Assembly: GCA_035532215.1 (NCBI GenBank)
Contig: DATKRK010000416.1
Coordinates: 13,183 to 77,182, forward strand
DNA length: 64,000 nucleotides
Direction: 5' to 3'
From: Pirellulales bacterium
Lineage (GTDB): Bacteria; Planctomycetota; Planctomycetia; Pirellulales; JAICIG01
Positions 1 to 11,400 of this stretch are shown piece by piece. The number at the start of each line of letters is the position of its first letter. Position 1 is the stretch's first letter. Under the pieces are notes generated by a model. It saw only the letters and a program-made list of their open reading frames with translations, made no database searches and was not told where the DNA came from. The translations under genes and the position numbers were made by a program.

Positions 1-2184
1 CCGGTGACGGTGAACGGCTTCAATGGCACGAAGCCGGCTTCGACGGTCTACGTGAACGGCAGTTCCGGCAACGACAACATCTACGCCGACTATCGCACGA
101 TCTCGCTGGACGCCAATCCGGCCGATCGCATCCAAGCCGGCGTTCCGTTCACCCATTTGGGATCCGACATCACCTATTCCGGCGTGGCCGCCTTGAATCT
201 CGCCGGGATGGGCGGCGACAACACATTTACCATCCAAGTTCCGCCGACCTTGAATGCCCCGTTCGTGAGCAACGTTCTGCCCGCCACGGTCGTGGTTTAC
301 GGAAGCAACAGCCCGCTCTCGTTGCCTGTCGCCAACGGAACGAACTTGTTGCGAGTGCTCGGCAACGATCCGAGCACCAACAGCACCGGCGCCGACACCA
401 TCGCCGTCGGCGATTTCGGCACGGATCCGATCCAAATGGTGAACATCTCTGGACTGGTGATCTACGGGTATGGGGGCAACAACACCTTGACCAATGATTC
501 CGTCGGCATCCCGCTGCAAGGCATTCCTCCGGTGCCGGCCGTGCTGATCGGCGGCTCGGGCAACGACTCGCTGACCGGCGGCGCCGGCGGCGACGTGTTG
601 TTGGGCGGCGCCGGCATGAACACGTTGACCGACAAGTCCACGGCCGGCTACACGGCGTACCTTTTGGCGCATCAGGACCAGAACGGCAATATCTACGATC
701 CGTACTTGCAGTCGCCCATTCCACCCACGGACAACACGCTTTCGACGATTACGACCGGCGCCGGCAACGACGTCGTGGTGACGGGCGCCCGGCAGCAGAT
801 CATCTACGGCGATCCGGGCGACATCGACAACTTCAAAGCCGCGACTTCGACGACCGGCATCTTGCAGCAGTTCGCGACGGTCGATCCGCAGAATTTGACG
901 AGCTCCTTGTACGAAGTCACGCCGGCCTTGTTGGCGCTGGAACAGGCGTTTGGGATCAGCAACGGACAGTTTCCGCCCAATGAAGCGGCCGTGCTGGAAT
1001 TCGGCGCGAACAAAAACTTGCGATCTCAGTTCGCTACGTTCGGCGCCTTCGTGGGCCGCGCCTATGCCGACTACATGGTCGACCGCAAGGGCGGCTTGGG
1101 AACTTCAGGCGTCGTCAGCACCGATGAAATCAATTTCTGGGTCGGGCTGGCGCAGCAGGGGGTAACCGTACAACAGGTGCAAGCCACCTTGTTGGCCTCC
1201 GACGAGTTGCGACAGACCGAGCGGCTCACGAACGCCTGGTTCCGCGGCATGTACGAAACGGTGCTCGGGCGACTGCCGACGCCTGCCGAAATCAACGCCT
1301 ACCTCACGCCGCTGGAAATTAACGACACGTCCGCGACGCGATATCAAGCCGCGATACAGTTGCTCACGAGCACCGACGGCACGCTGGCCGAAATCAACGA
1401 GATGTACGCCAATCTCGTGCCGAAGGGCTCGCCCTCGCAGCTCGACGAGCAGGCGATCCTGATCGACCTGGCCTCCGGCATGCGACTGGAACAAGTGGCG
1501 CAAATCATCTCCGCCAGCAACGGAGACTACTTCAACTACGCGGTTTCCCACAACGCCGGGGAAGTCGGCTTCATCGGCGGGCTGTACGAGAGCGTACTGG
1601 GGCGATCGGCCTCGAGCGCCGACCTCGCCACGTGGGGCCAGTTTCACGCCGAAGGCGTCAGCAACGAACAGATCGCCCTGGCCATTTTGACTTCGCCCGA
1701 GCACCGGTCGCACATCATCGCGGGCTATTACGAGACGTACTTGCACCGCGGCGTCGACGCGGGGGGCCTTAACTTCTGGCTCAGCGTGATGGCGGCAGGG
1801 GCTACCGAAGAACAAGTCCTGGGCTCGATCGTCGGCTCCGAGGAGTATTACCTCGAACACGGCGGCACGTCGGATTCGTACATCCGCGCCCTCTATAAGG
1901 ACGTCCTGTTGCGGCCCACGGCGCCATCTCAAGCGGAGGTCGACGGTTGGATTGCCACGTTGGCTGCATCCTCTCGCGGCGCGGCCCAAGCCCGCGCCGA
2001 CGTGGTCGTCGGCTTCGCCACCAGCGACGAGTTCCGCTCGAGGGAGATCAACGGCTGGTACGAGGCTTACCTGGGACGGCCCGCGACCGCAACCGAGATC
2101 GACGTTTGGCTGAATACGTTCCATTTGGGCGCCAGCCAGGACGCCGTGCAAGCGCAGATCTTGCTCAACCGGGCGTCCTTCTAG
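1..2184 (+). CDS. C-terminal part (5'-truncated by the window edge) of a large secreted repeat protein with an RTX-like Gly/Asp stretch and several DUF4214-type repeats
   Basis: Frame 1 is open from nt 1 to TAG 2182-2184 (ORF track 4..2184). GGSGNDSLTGGAGGDVLLGGAGMNTL resembles hemolysin-type Ca-binding nonapeptides. Repeated units such as WFRGMYETVLGRLPTPAEINAY, FIGGLYESVLGRSASSADLATW, YIRALYKDVLLRPTAPSQAEVDGW and INGWYEAYLGRPATATEIDVW match the DUF4214 signature. The same signature ends both downstream giants. Confidence 0.8.
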   Translation, partial: PVTVNGFNGTKPASTVYVNGSSGNDNIYADYRTISLDANPADRIQAGVPFTHLGSDITYSGVAALNLAGMGGDNTFTIQVPPTLNAPFVSNVLPATVVVYGSNSPLSLPVANGTNLLRVLGNDPSTNSTGADTIAVGDFGTDPIQMVNISGLVIYGYGGNNTLTNDSVGIPLQGIPPVPAVLIGGSGNDSLTGGAGGDVLLGGAGMNTLTDKSTAGYTAYLLAHQDQNGNIYDPYLQSPIPPTDNTLSTITTGAGNDVVVTGARQQIIYGDPGDIDNFKAATSTTGILQQFATVDPQNLTSSLYEVTPALLALEQAFGISNGQFPPNEAAVLEFGANKNLRSQFATFGAFVGRAYADYMVDRKGGLGTSGVVSTDEINFWVGLAQQGVTVQQVQATLLASDELRQTERLTNAWFRGMYETVLGRLPTPAEINAYLTPLEINDTSATRYQAAIQLLTSTDGTLAEINEMYANLVPKGSPSQLDEQAILIDLASGMRLEQVAQIISASNGDYFNYAVSHNAGEVGFIGGLYESVLGRSASSADLATWGQFHAEGVSNEQIALAILTSPEHRSHIIAGYYETYLHRGVDAGGLNFWLSVMAAGATEEQVLGSIVGSEEYYLEHGGTSDSYIRALYKDVLLRPTAPSQAEVDGWIATLAASSRGAAQARADVVVGFATSDEFRSREINGWYEAYLGRPATATEIDVWLNTFHLGASQDAVQAQILLNRASF

Positions 2185-2321
2185 GGGCCGAGCGAGGTGC
2201 AAACGCCGGCCGCAAGCCGGCAAGAGGAAGCTGCGTTCCTCCGGAAAGGTTCGCTCGACGTCCGGCCGCGCCGCAAGTTTTTCGAATGCGCGCAAAACGC
2301 CGGATTGAACGTGCTTTTTTG

Positions 2322-2350
2322 TTGCCTTAAATGTTACGGCCGAGCACAAT
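2322..2350 (+). promoter_or_regulatory. candidate sigma70-type promoter upstream of giant gene 1
   Basis: TTGCCT (2322-2327), 17-nt spacer, CACAAT (2345-2350), in the comparatively AT-rich spacer 2185-2452, about 100 nt upstream of ATG 2453. This is a pattern match only. Confidence 0.2.
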
Positions 2351-2452
2351 CGGTAGGAATTCAACGCTTTCGAAAAAATAGATCGGCGACCCCGGAACAG
2401 GGGAAGCACAATCCCTAGAAACATCGAAAGTTTCGCCTCAGGAGAATGATCA

Positions 2453-5400
2453 ATGGGGATGTGGAGCTCATGGCGCCCTATCCAGAATCCCGAGCAGGAT
2501 CGCAATCGACGACGCGGCGCTCGCAGACGCGGACGGGCCGCCCGGCCGTTGGTCGGACGAGAGATGCTGTTGGAGCAATTCGAACAGCGCTTGATGCTGA
2601 CCGGTCCGCAATTGATTTCGATCATTCCGGACGCCGGCGGTTTGCTCTTGCCCGGCGACACTTTGAACGTCGCTCCCAAGGAACTGACGTTTAATTTCGA
2701 CCAGAATCAGACCATCAACGCGGGAACTCTGGCCGGCATCGAACTGGTGCGCAGCGGCGGCGACGGCACGTTCGGCAACAGCAACGACGTGCAAATCACT
2801 CCGGGATTCATCGGCATCGGCACGCAGCCCAATACGGTCGTGATGCGCTTCAGCACGTCGCTGCCCGACGACCTGTACCAGATTACGATCGTCGGCTCCG
2901 GACCGAATGCGCTGACCAACGCCTCCCAAGAGGCGTTCAACAACGGGGTCAACGAGAGCCAGGAATTCCGCTTGAACCTTGGCCCGCAGGTGCTGGCCGT
3001 CGTGCCGCAGCCAATCAGCCTGCCGGATCCGACGACGGGCGTGCGAACGCAAGCCGCGAACGAAATCGACGTCTACTTCAATCAGCGCTTGCAAGAGTGG
3101 GCCGGACATCCGGGCCAACTCGATCCCGCCTTGTTCCAGTTGATCGCGACCAAGAACACGGCGACCACCGCCGACGATACGGTCTACGTGCTCGATCCGA
3201 ACGTGTCGACGTCGACGCCCGCGGTCTTCGCTGACGGCACGACGCACGTGGCCGGGCAGGTTTACTATAACGCCGCGAACAACGAAGCGAGGTTGGTGTT
3301 CGGGCAAACGTCATCCGTGCCGGGCGCCATAAACCTGAATACGCTGGGCACGGGCTCTTTCCGGTTGCGGTTCGGCAACAGCGACCAGCCGCAGCAAGCT
3401 CCGCTGGTCGTTCCCGTGCCGCCCTCGCCCGACAATCCTTCGACGCCGGGCGGAACCGGCCCGGGCGACACCTTTTCCACGTCGATGGCCACCGGCGCCT
3501 TGGGCGACGGACAAACCAAGCTTTTCGACTCGTCGATCGCGCCCATGTCGGTCAACGCGGGATTGTTGTTCCCAGGCGGCGATTCGGCGCCGGGTACGCA
3601 GAACATCGCCGATCCGACCAGCATTTCCGGCTTGGCGGCCTGGATCACTTCGCAAGGCATCCAAAACCACTTGATCGACGGCCGCTATACGTCGCCGGGC
3701 GGCGTAACGACGATTCCCTATAACTTCCAGGACATTTACGGCTCCGACGTCAACGGCAACCTGCTGCACAATCAGATCAGCACCACGCAGGAGCAGGATG
3801 TCCGCGATATCTTCAGCTTGTTCTCCTACTACAGCGGCGTGAATTTCGTGGAAACGCCGCACGACGGCATCACCTTCGCGGTGGGCGATATTCGCGCCGT
3901 GGCGCCGTCGGATCCGGCGACTTCGGTGAACGGGATCGAAGGCCCCACCAAAACGGCGCCCTTCGTGGCCATCGTCAACGGCAACGTCAATTGGGGCCAG
4001 AGCGAATACGGCGGCGCGTTCTTCGCCGTGGCCATGCACGAGATCGGCCATGCGCTGGGGCTGGGCAATTCCTACGATTTACCGGCGCCCAACGCAATGG
4101 GCTATACCGGAGTGACGGGCGGAGGCGAAGATCCCAATCAGCCGACCCAGCCGGCCAACCAGGTCGGCACGGCCGAACCTGCGCTGCCCGGCGCCGGCGA
4201 CATCTCCGCATTGCAGTATCTGTACAGCACTGACAGCAAAGACGTCGATCTCTACAAGTTCACGCTGACGCAACAAGGCGTGCTCAACGCCCAAACGATC
4301 GCCCAGCAACTGACGCCCACCAGCAGTCTCAACACCGTCCTGACGCTGTACAACGAACTGACCTTGTTGGGCTTGCCCGCCAACGGCGGACAAGGCGTCA
4401 GCGACGGCCAGACGTTCTCCATCACCAGCACGAATCCCGGCGGCGTGACTGCGACGACGCAAACGTTCGAGTTCAACAGCGGGTTGTCGCTCACGCTGCC
4501 CGCCGGCGGGGTCGTAGACGGGCGAACCTTCTCGCTCAGCGACGGCACGCACACCGTGCGATTCGAATTTGCCGTCAATGGTCGTCAGTTATCGCCCGGA
4601 GACACGAACACGCCGATCGACTACAACGCCAACGACTCGCTCGACACGATCGCCGGCGACGTCGTGCAAGCCATCAATTCGGCCGTCAAGAACGCCGGGC
4701 TCGGCGTCACCGCCCAAGGCTCGCAAACCATCGACGCAACCTACAGCGGCAGCGGCGCGATCAACATCGGCGGCGACGCCAACACGACGTTCAGCGCGCA
4801 AAATGCGGGCTTGACGATCAGCGGAAACGTGAACGTGCAGGCCGGGCACATCCTCGTTCGTTATGCGCCTGCCGACACGCAGCACGATCTGGCGATCGCC
4901 ATCGCCAACGCCATTACCGGCGCCGCCGTGTCGCTCGGCAACCCGAACGGATTGAACGTCTCCGCAACGGCGGAACTCAACCAGGTGCAATTGCAAGGCC
5001 CGATCAGCCTGGACATCAGCGGCTCGCCGACGTTGACGTCCTCGATCCAGCGCTCGATCATTTCGCGCAACGACGATTTCATCGGCACGGACTCGCTGAT
5101 CAACCTGAACCTGACGCCGGGCGTGTATTACATCGGCGTGAGCAGTTCGGGAAATACGAACTACGACCCCAACATCACCGACAGCGGCTGGGGCGGCGCC
5201 AGCAACGGCATGTACGAACTGCGGCTGAACTTCCAGGCCACGCCTTCGACTCCGACGAATCCGGCGAAGGCCAGCTTGGACAGCTACGTCGCGCCGGTCG
5301 ATACCGGGCTCAATGCGCTCGGCCAGGACGCTCCGCAGCCTCTCGACGGCGACGCCAACGGCACGCCGGGCGGAACCTACAACTTCTGGTTCAACGTCAC

Positions 5401-8400
5401 CAATCCGACCAGTACGATCTACGTCGACAAGACGCCGCCCAAGCCGGGAGATATCAGCGGACCGCTGGGCTCGCTTACGAATCCGTTCACGACGATTCAA
5501 GCCGCCTTGAATTCCGGCCTGCTGGTTGCCGGAACGAACTTGCGGATCGAAGGCAACGAAGGCGCCAGCTTCGTACTGCCGCTCTCGGCGAAGCCGTTTG
5601 CCGTGGGACAGCAGTTTACGGTGAGCGCGGGCACGGTCAGCGCCGTGTTCGAATTCACCAGCAGCGGCGCCGCCGCCAACGGCCAGTTGCTGCCCGACGG
5701 CAACTATGCCGTCGCCTTGCCCGCAACCTACACTCCGCTCGGCGCCGCCTTCGCCGTTCAAAACGCCATTCAAAACGTGTTCCCGAGCTCGTCGCCGCAG
5801 GGGGACGCCAGCGGCGACATCCAGGTCGCGCTATCGAGCGACTCCGCGAACGAGTACGTCAACCTGACCGGCAAGCTGCGAATTACGCTGGGCATCGATC
5901 CGCCGCCGGCGACCGCCTTGTCGACCCAGCCCCACGCGGCGGGCGGAACCGACCTGGTCGTGCCGCTCGGCGCGGCGCCGATCGTGGCCGGCCAGACTTT
6001 CCAAATCGTCGCCGGAACGGTCACTGCAAAGTTCGAATTCGCCAGCGGCGCCGGGATCTCTCCCGGTCAGCTTCTGACCGACGGCAATTACGCGGTCGTG
6101 CTGCCGGCGACTTATTCGGCGCAGAACGTCGCCGCCGCGCTGCAGGCGGCGATTGCGGCTTCGCCGTTGTCAGGGGCGGCGGCGGGCAATGTCGTGGTCT
6201 CGGTCACCAACGATTTAACCAACTACTACGCGACGCTGACCGGCAGTCTGTCGATTTCAGTGACCGTGCTCTCGACGCCCGCCACGCCGATGTCGTTCAA
6301 GTACAGCGACGTGGCGTATCAAATCGGCGCCAACAACGCCGCCAACCAATTCCAGCCGCTGGCCGACGGCGCTACGTTCGACGTGCCGCGGGGCGTGACG
6401 GTGATGATCGATCCCGGCGCCGAGTTCAAGATGAGCAAGTCGATCATCGACGTCGGCAGTTCGGCTCAAGGCATCGATCGCAGCCAAGGCTCGTTGCAAG
6501 TTCTGGGCATTCCCGGCAACCAGGTGATTTTCACCTCGTTCGCCGACGATACCGTCGGCGGCCAAACCGAATTTCCCGACACGGCGCCGACCCGCGGCGA
6601 TTGGGGCGGGTTGGCGTTCCGCAACGACTCGGGGTTGGAGCCGCTGGGCATTTTCGTGAATTACGTCGACGAAGCCAATCTTCGCTACGGCGGCGGCCAG
6701 GTCTCCGTCAACGGCACGCCGTCGGTGTTCAACGCCGTCGACATGGAATCCGCCCGGCCGACGGTCACCAACAACATCATCGTCGACAGCGCGCAGGCGC
6801 CTATTTCCGCGACGCCCAACAGCTTCGAAAAAACTCAGTTCCAGCAGAACGTGCGGCTCACGGCCGCGGCCGGCAGCGCCATCGTGGACGGGCAGACGTT
6901 CCAAATTCACGGCGCCACTTTCGAGTTCATCAACGTCAATAACCCGCAGAACTCGGCCGGCAACGGCAAGTACAAGAGCCTGCCCGGCGTGGTCCAAGTC
7001 TTGTATCACAGCGGCTTTTCCGGCCCGACCGATACCGACGTGCAGGTGGCGTTGGAAATCGCCGAAGCCATCAACGGCGCGCAACAGCTTTCGCACCCCG
7101 CCGTCCAGGCGGCCGTGACGGGCAATCAAGTGACGATCACCAACGTGACGTCGGTCGATTCGCCGGTGGCGCTCGACGTGCCCTTCTCCGGCAGCCAATC
7201 GGGCTTGAACGGCGAGACGTTCGCTATCAAGGGCACGGTTTTCGAATTCTTCAGCGGCGATGCGTTTCAAGTTCCCGCCAACGGCGGCACGGGCATCGCC
7301 GACGGCGCCACGTTCACGATCACCCAAGGCGCCAACGCCGTCACCTTCGAGTTCGCAGCCAACGGCCGCACGCTGACCGACGGCCACGTGGCGATCGATT
7401 ACAACAACAATCCGGGCGCGACCGTTCCGCTGGTCGACACGATGGACACGCTGGCCCGCGAGGTCGTGCAGGCGATCAACGCGCAGGCCGCCGCCGGCGC
7501 GTTCGGCGCCGGCTCGCCCATCTCGGCGGCCTACAGCGGCAAGGGCGTGATCAGCATCGGCAGCAACGCCAGCACCAGCTACAGCCTAGGCGGCAGCGGC
7601 TTGACGCTGCTGGCGGGCGCCAACCAGGCGCCGTTGACCCCGAATAACGTGCTGGTTCACTTCAATCCGGCCGACACGTCGTTGGCTTTAGCCCAAGAAA
7701 TGGCCGCGGCGATCAATGCGGCGCAGATCGACGGCGGCACGGGCCAGCTCGTCTATGCCGAAGCGGTGCAGTCGGGCGCCACGGCGCGCGTCGACCTGAT
7801 GTACAGCTCCGACGTCAATCTCTCGGCGCCCGGCTCCGCCCCGCTCACGATGAGCCTGCTGACGCCGCTGACGATCAACACGGTCCCCGGCAGCCAATTG
7901 TCGGAGGGCGACACGTTCACGGTCAACGGCAAGACGTTCGAATTCGACAGCGGCTACACGCTAACCGTGCCGCAGAACCTGGCCCTGGCGGCGCCGCAGA
8001 GTTTCAGCATCAGCGATGGAACGAATACCATCGACTTCGATTTCAACGGCCCCTCGCCCGCCCGACAGGACCACGTGAACATCCCCTATTCGCCGGGCGA
8101 AACGCGCGATCAATTGGCGCAAGACATCGTCACGGCGATCAATAATTCGGGCCTCAAGGGCATCTTTGCCACGTGGCTCGGCTCTTTGGGGGGCCAATAC
8201 ACAGGCCAAGTGAACATCGGCGGCGTCGCCGCCAGCACCCTGCCCGGCGCGCCGGCCGCTACGCAGGTGAACACGAACGTCGTCTACGACAATTCGGCTC
8301 TCACGCGGAGCGGCTCGCCCGGTTTCACGGGCTTTACATCCGGCGACGTGTTGACCGTGCCGGATCTGAGCGCGGCGACGGGTTTGCGCAGCTTTCTGAT

Positions 8401-11400
8401 CAGCGACGGCACGAAGACCGTCACGTTCGATTTCAACGGCGCGCCCCAGGTCGGGCACGTGAACATTCCCTTTACGCCGGGGACCGACACGGCCGATACG
8501 ATCGCCCAGGCCATGGTCGCCGCCGTCAATGCCCAGAGCTTCTTCGGGGTCTACGCGACGTGGCTGGGGCAATTCGGCTCGGCGTACACGGGCCAGGTGA
8601 ATCTGGAAGGGGTCATCAAAGGCACGGCCAATTCGTTGCAGTATCCGGCCACGCTGGTCACGGCCAACACCGGCGGACCGCCCACGCCCACCACTCCCGC
8701 CTTGCAGCTCACCGGCCAGCCCGGCTTTACGGGCCTGACCGCCGGCTACGTTTTAAGCTTGCCCAGCACGCTCTCGCCGTCGGGCGTCGATAGCTTCGAA
8801 ATCAGCGACGGCGTGAAGGACGTTACTTTCGATTTCAACGGTCCGGCCCAGCCGGGACACGTCATCATCGCCTATACCAGCGGCGAGACCCCCGACCAAT
8901 TGGCCCAGGGCATCGTCACGGCCATCAATGCTCAGGGTTTCTTTGGCGTACACGCCACCTGGCTGGGCCAGTTCGGCACGTTGTACGCGGGCCAGATCAG
9001 CATCGAAGGCGTGGTAGCGGGCAGCGTGAACGGCAACGCCTATCCGGCCACGTCGGTCACCGCCGATATTCCGGCCGCCGTCGGCGACCCGCTGATTCTT
9101 TCCGGGCAGCCCGGCGCCGATCACACCGGCGGCATTCCGGCGCCCTTCGTGCCGACCGACAGCGCCTCGACGATCGCCAGCGAAATCGGGGCGGCCGTCA
9201 GCGGTTCGGGCCTCGATGTTTCGGCGAACTCCAACACGGCCGGCGCCGGCACGGTGACGTTCCAAAACGTCGACTCGCTGGTTCCCAGCCCGCTCGTGAT
9301 GCAGCCCTCGCCCGAGCCGATCGCGTATCAACTGCAAAACGTGTTTTCGTTCGGCGCCGACACATTGCCGCTGGCGGTGTCCAACGACATTTTCACGGCC
9401 GACTATCAACGCATCGGCCCCGAGGTCCACGGCAACGTGCTGGCTTTGCCGCAACCCAAAGTGCTCTCGATCGGTTCCCCAGGGCAGGTGCAGGACGGGC
9501 AGCAGTTCGTCATCAATAACCTGGGCTTCGAATTCGACAACAACAACACGACGACGGCGGGCTACCATGCGGTGTCGTTCACCGCGGCCCAGTTGGCGGC
9601 GCCCAATGCGCTCGATTTGCTGGCCGAAGACGTGGCGGCGGCGATCAACGCGGCCAGCAATCCGGCGAGCCCGCAATATGTGCAGGGCTTCAACGTCACC
9701 GCCACGATCGGCTCATTGGGCTCGGGCCAGGTGATTCTGTCGTCGAACGCGGCCAACGCGGCGGTCGTTACGAACGGCGCACCGCTGTCGATCAAGCAGT
9801 CGATCGTGGAGAACACGATCAACGGCCTGTTCGTGAACATCCGCACCAACTTGGGCAAGTCGATCGATACGCTGGACGTATCGGCGGAGTTCAACGCCAC
9901 CGACATCCCGTACGTCATTACCTCGAATTTGGAAATCACCGGCGAGACGGGCGGGCCGCTGGGCACGACCGGCCGCGAAAGCGCCCGGCTGCAGGTCGAT
10001 CCGGGCGTGGTGGTCAAGATGCTCGGTTCGCGGATCGAAGTCGGCATGGGCGCCAACTTCGTGGCCGAGGCCGACCAGAACCATCGCGTGATCTTCACGT
10101 CGCTGTTCGACGACACGTTCGGCGGGGGCGGCACGTTCTACACCAACGGCGACGATCAGAATCCCACCCCGCCGCAAGCCGCGGCCCCCGGCGATTGGGG
10201 CGGCATTTATTTCTCGCCCACTTCCAAGGGCAGCATCGACCACGCGCTGATCACCTACGCCGGCGGCTCGATTCCGATCGAGGGCGGGTTCGACAGCTTC
10301 AACGCCATCGAAATTCATCAGGCCCAGGTTCGCATCACGAACTCTTCGTTGCTGAGCAACGCCAGCGGCAAGTCCTCGGGAACGCGCAACGGCCGCGGCG
10401 CCAACGACGCGGCCGTGATCTACGTGATCGACGCGCAGCCCGTGCTCGTGAACAACATCGTGCAGAACAACCAGGGCGCCGCGATCAGCGTCAACGTGAA
10501 CTCGCTGAACAATGCGCTCACGCCGGACTGGGGTCGCAGCACAGGCGTCATCGACAGCTTCACGCAGTTCGCCGACAACTACGGCCCGCTGGTGCGGCTC
10601 AACAAGCTGGGCAATAACTCCATCAACGGCATGCTGGTTCGCGGCGGCACGCTCAACACGGCTTCGATCTGGGACGACACCGACATCGTCCACGTCGTGG
10701 AAAGCGAGATCGACACCACGAATTACGCCACCAACGGCGGTTTGCGGCTGCAAAGCAACTCGACGCAAAGCCTGGTGGTCAAGCTGCTGGGCGCCAGCGC
10801 CGGCTTCACCGCCACGGGAGTCGCCTCGAACATCACCGATCGGATCGGCGGCACGCTGCAAATCATCGGCACGGCCGGACATCCGGTGGTCTTGACTTCG
10901 CTGTACGACAACAACGTCGGCGCCGGCCTGACGCCGGGCGACCGGCCCGACAACGTCACGCTCAACGGCAATACCACGAAGCCTTCGCCGGGCGATTGGA
11001 ACTCGGTCCTGTTCGACCAGTACGCCAACGACAACAACGTCGCGGTCATCAACGAGGCCGAAAGCACGTTTACCGGCGGACAAGGCACGGACAATACGCC
11101 GGGCGCCGCGCAAAACCTCGGCGCGCTGGCGCCCAATCTGAAAAGCGGCGACGACAAACAACGGCTGGGCTACGTCGTTCACGGCTTCATCAGTCCGGAC
11201 GACACTCACGACATGGACGTCTACAGCTTTTCCGCGGCGCCCGGCACGCAGGTCTGGCTCGATTTGGGCAACACTTCGATGGCGCTCGACGCCGTGCTGG
11301 AATTGGTCGATGCCAACGGCAACGTGCTCGCCCGCAGCGACAACTCGGTGCTCGAACAAGAGGACGCGATCCAGGCGGGTAATCCGCTCGTGGCCGGCCC

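Noticed and set aside
540-640. Calling ORF 1 an RTX adhesin exported by a type I secretion system.
   Set aside because: Only a short run of GGxGxD-like nonapeptides is present (GGSGNDSLTGGAGGDVLLGGAGMN). The C-terminus is DUF4214 repeats rather than a T1SS signal region. No ABC/MFP/TolC genes are in the window.
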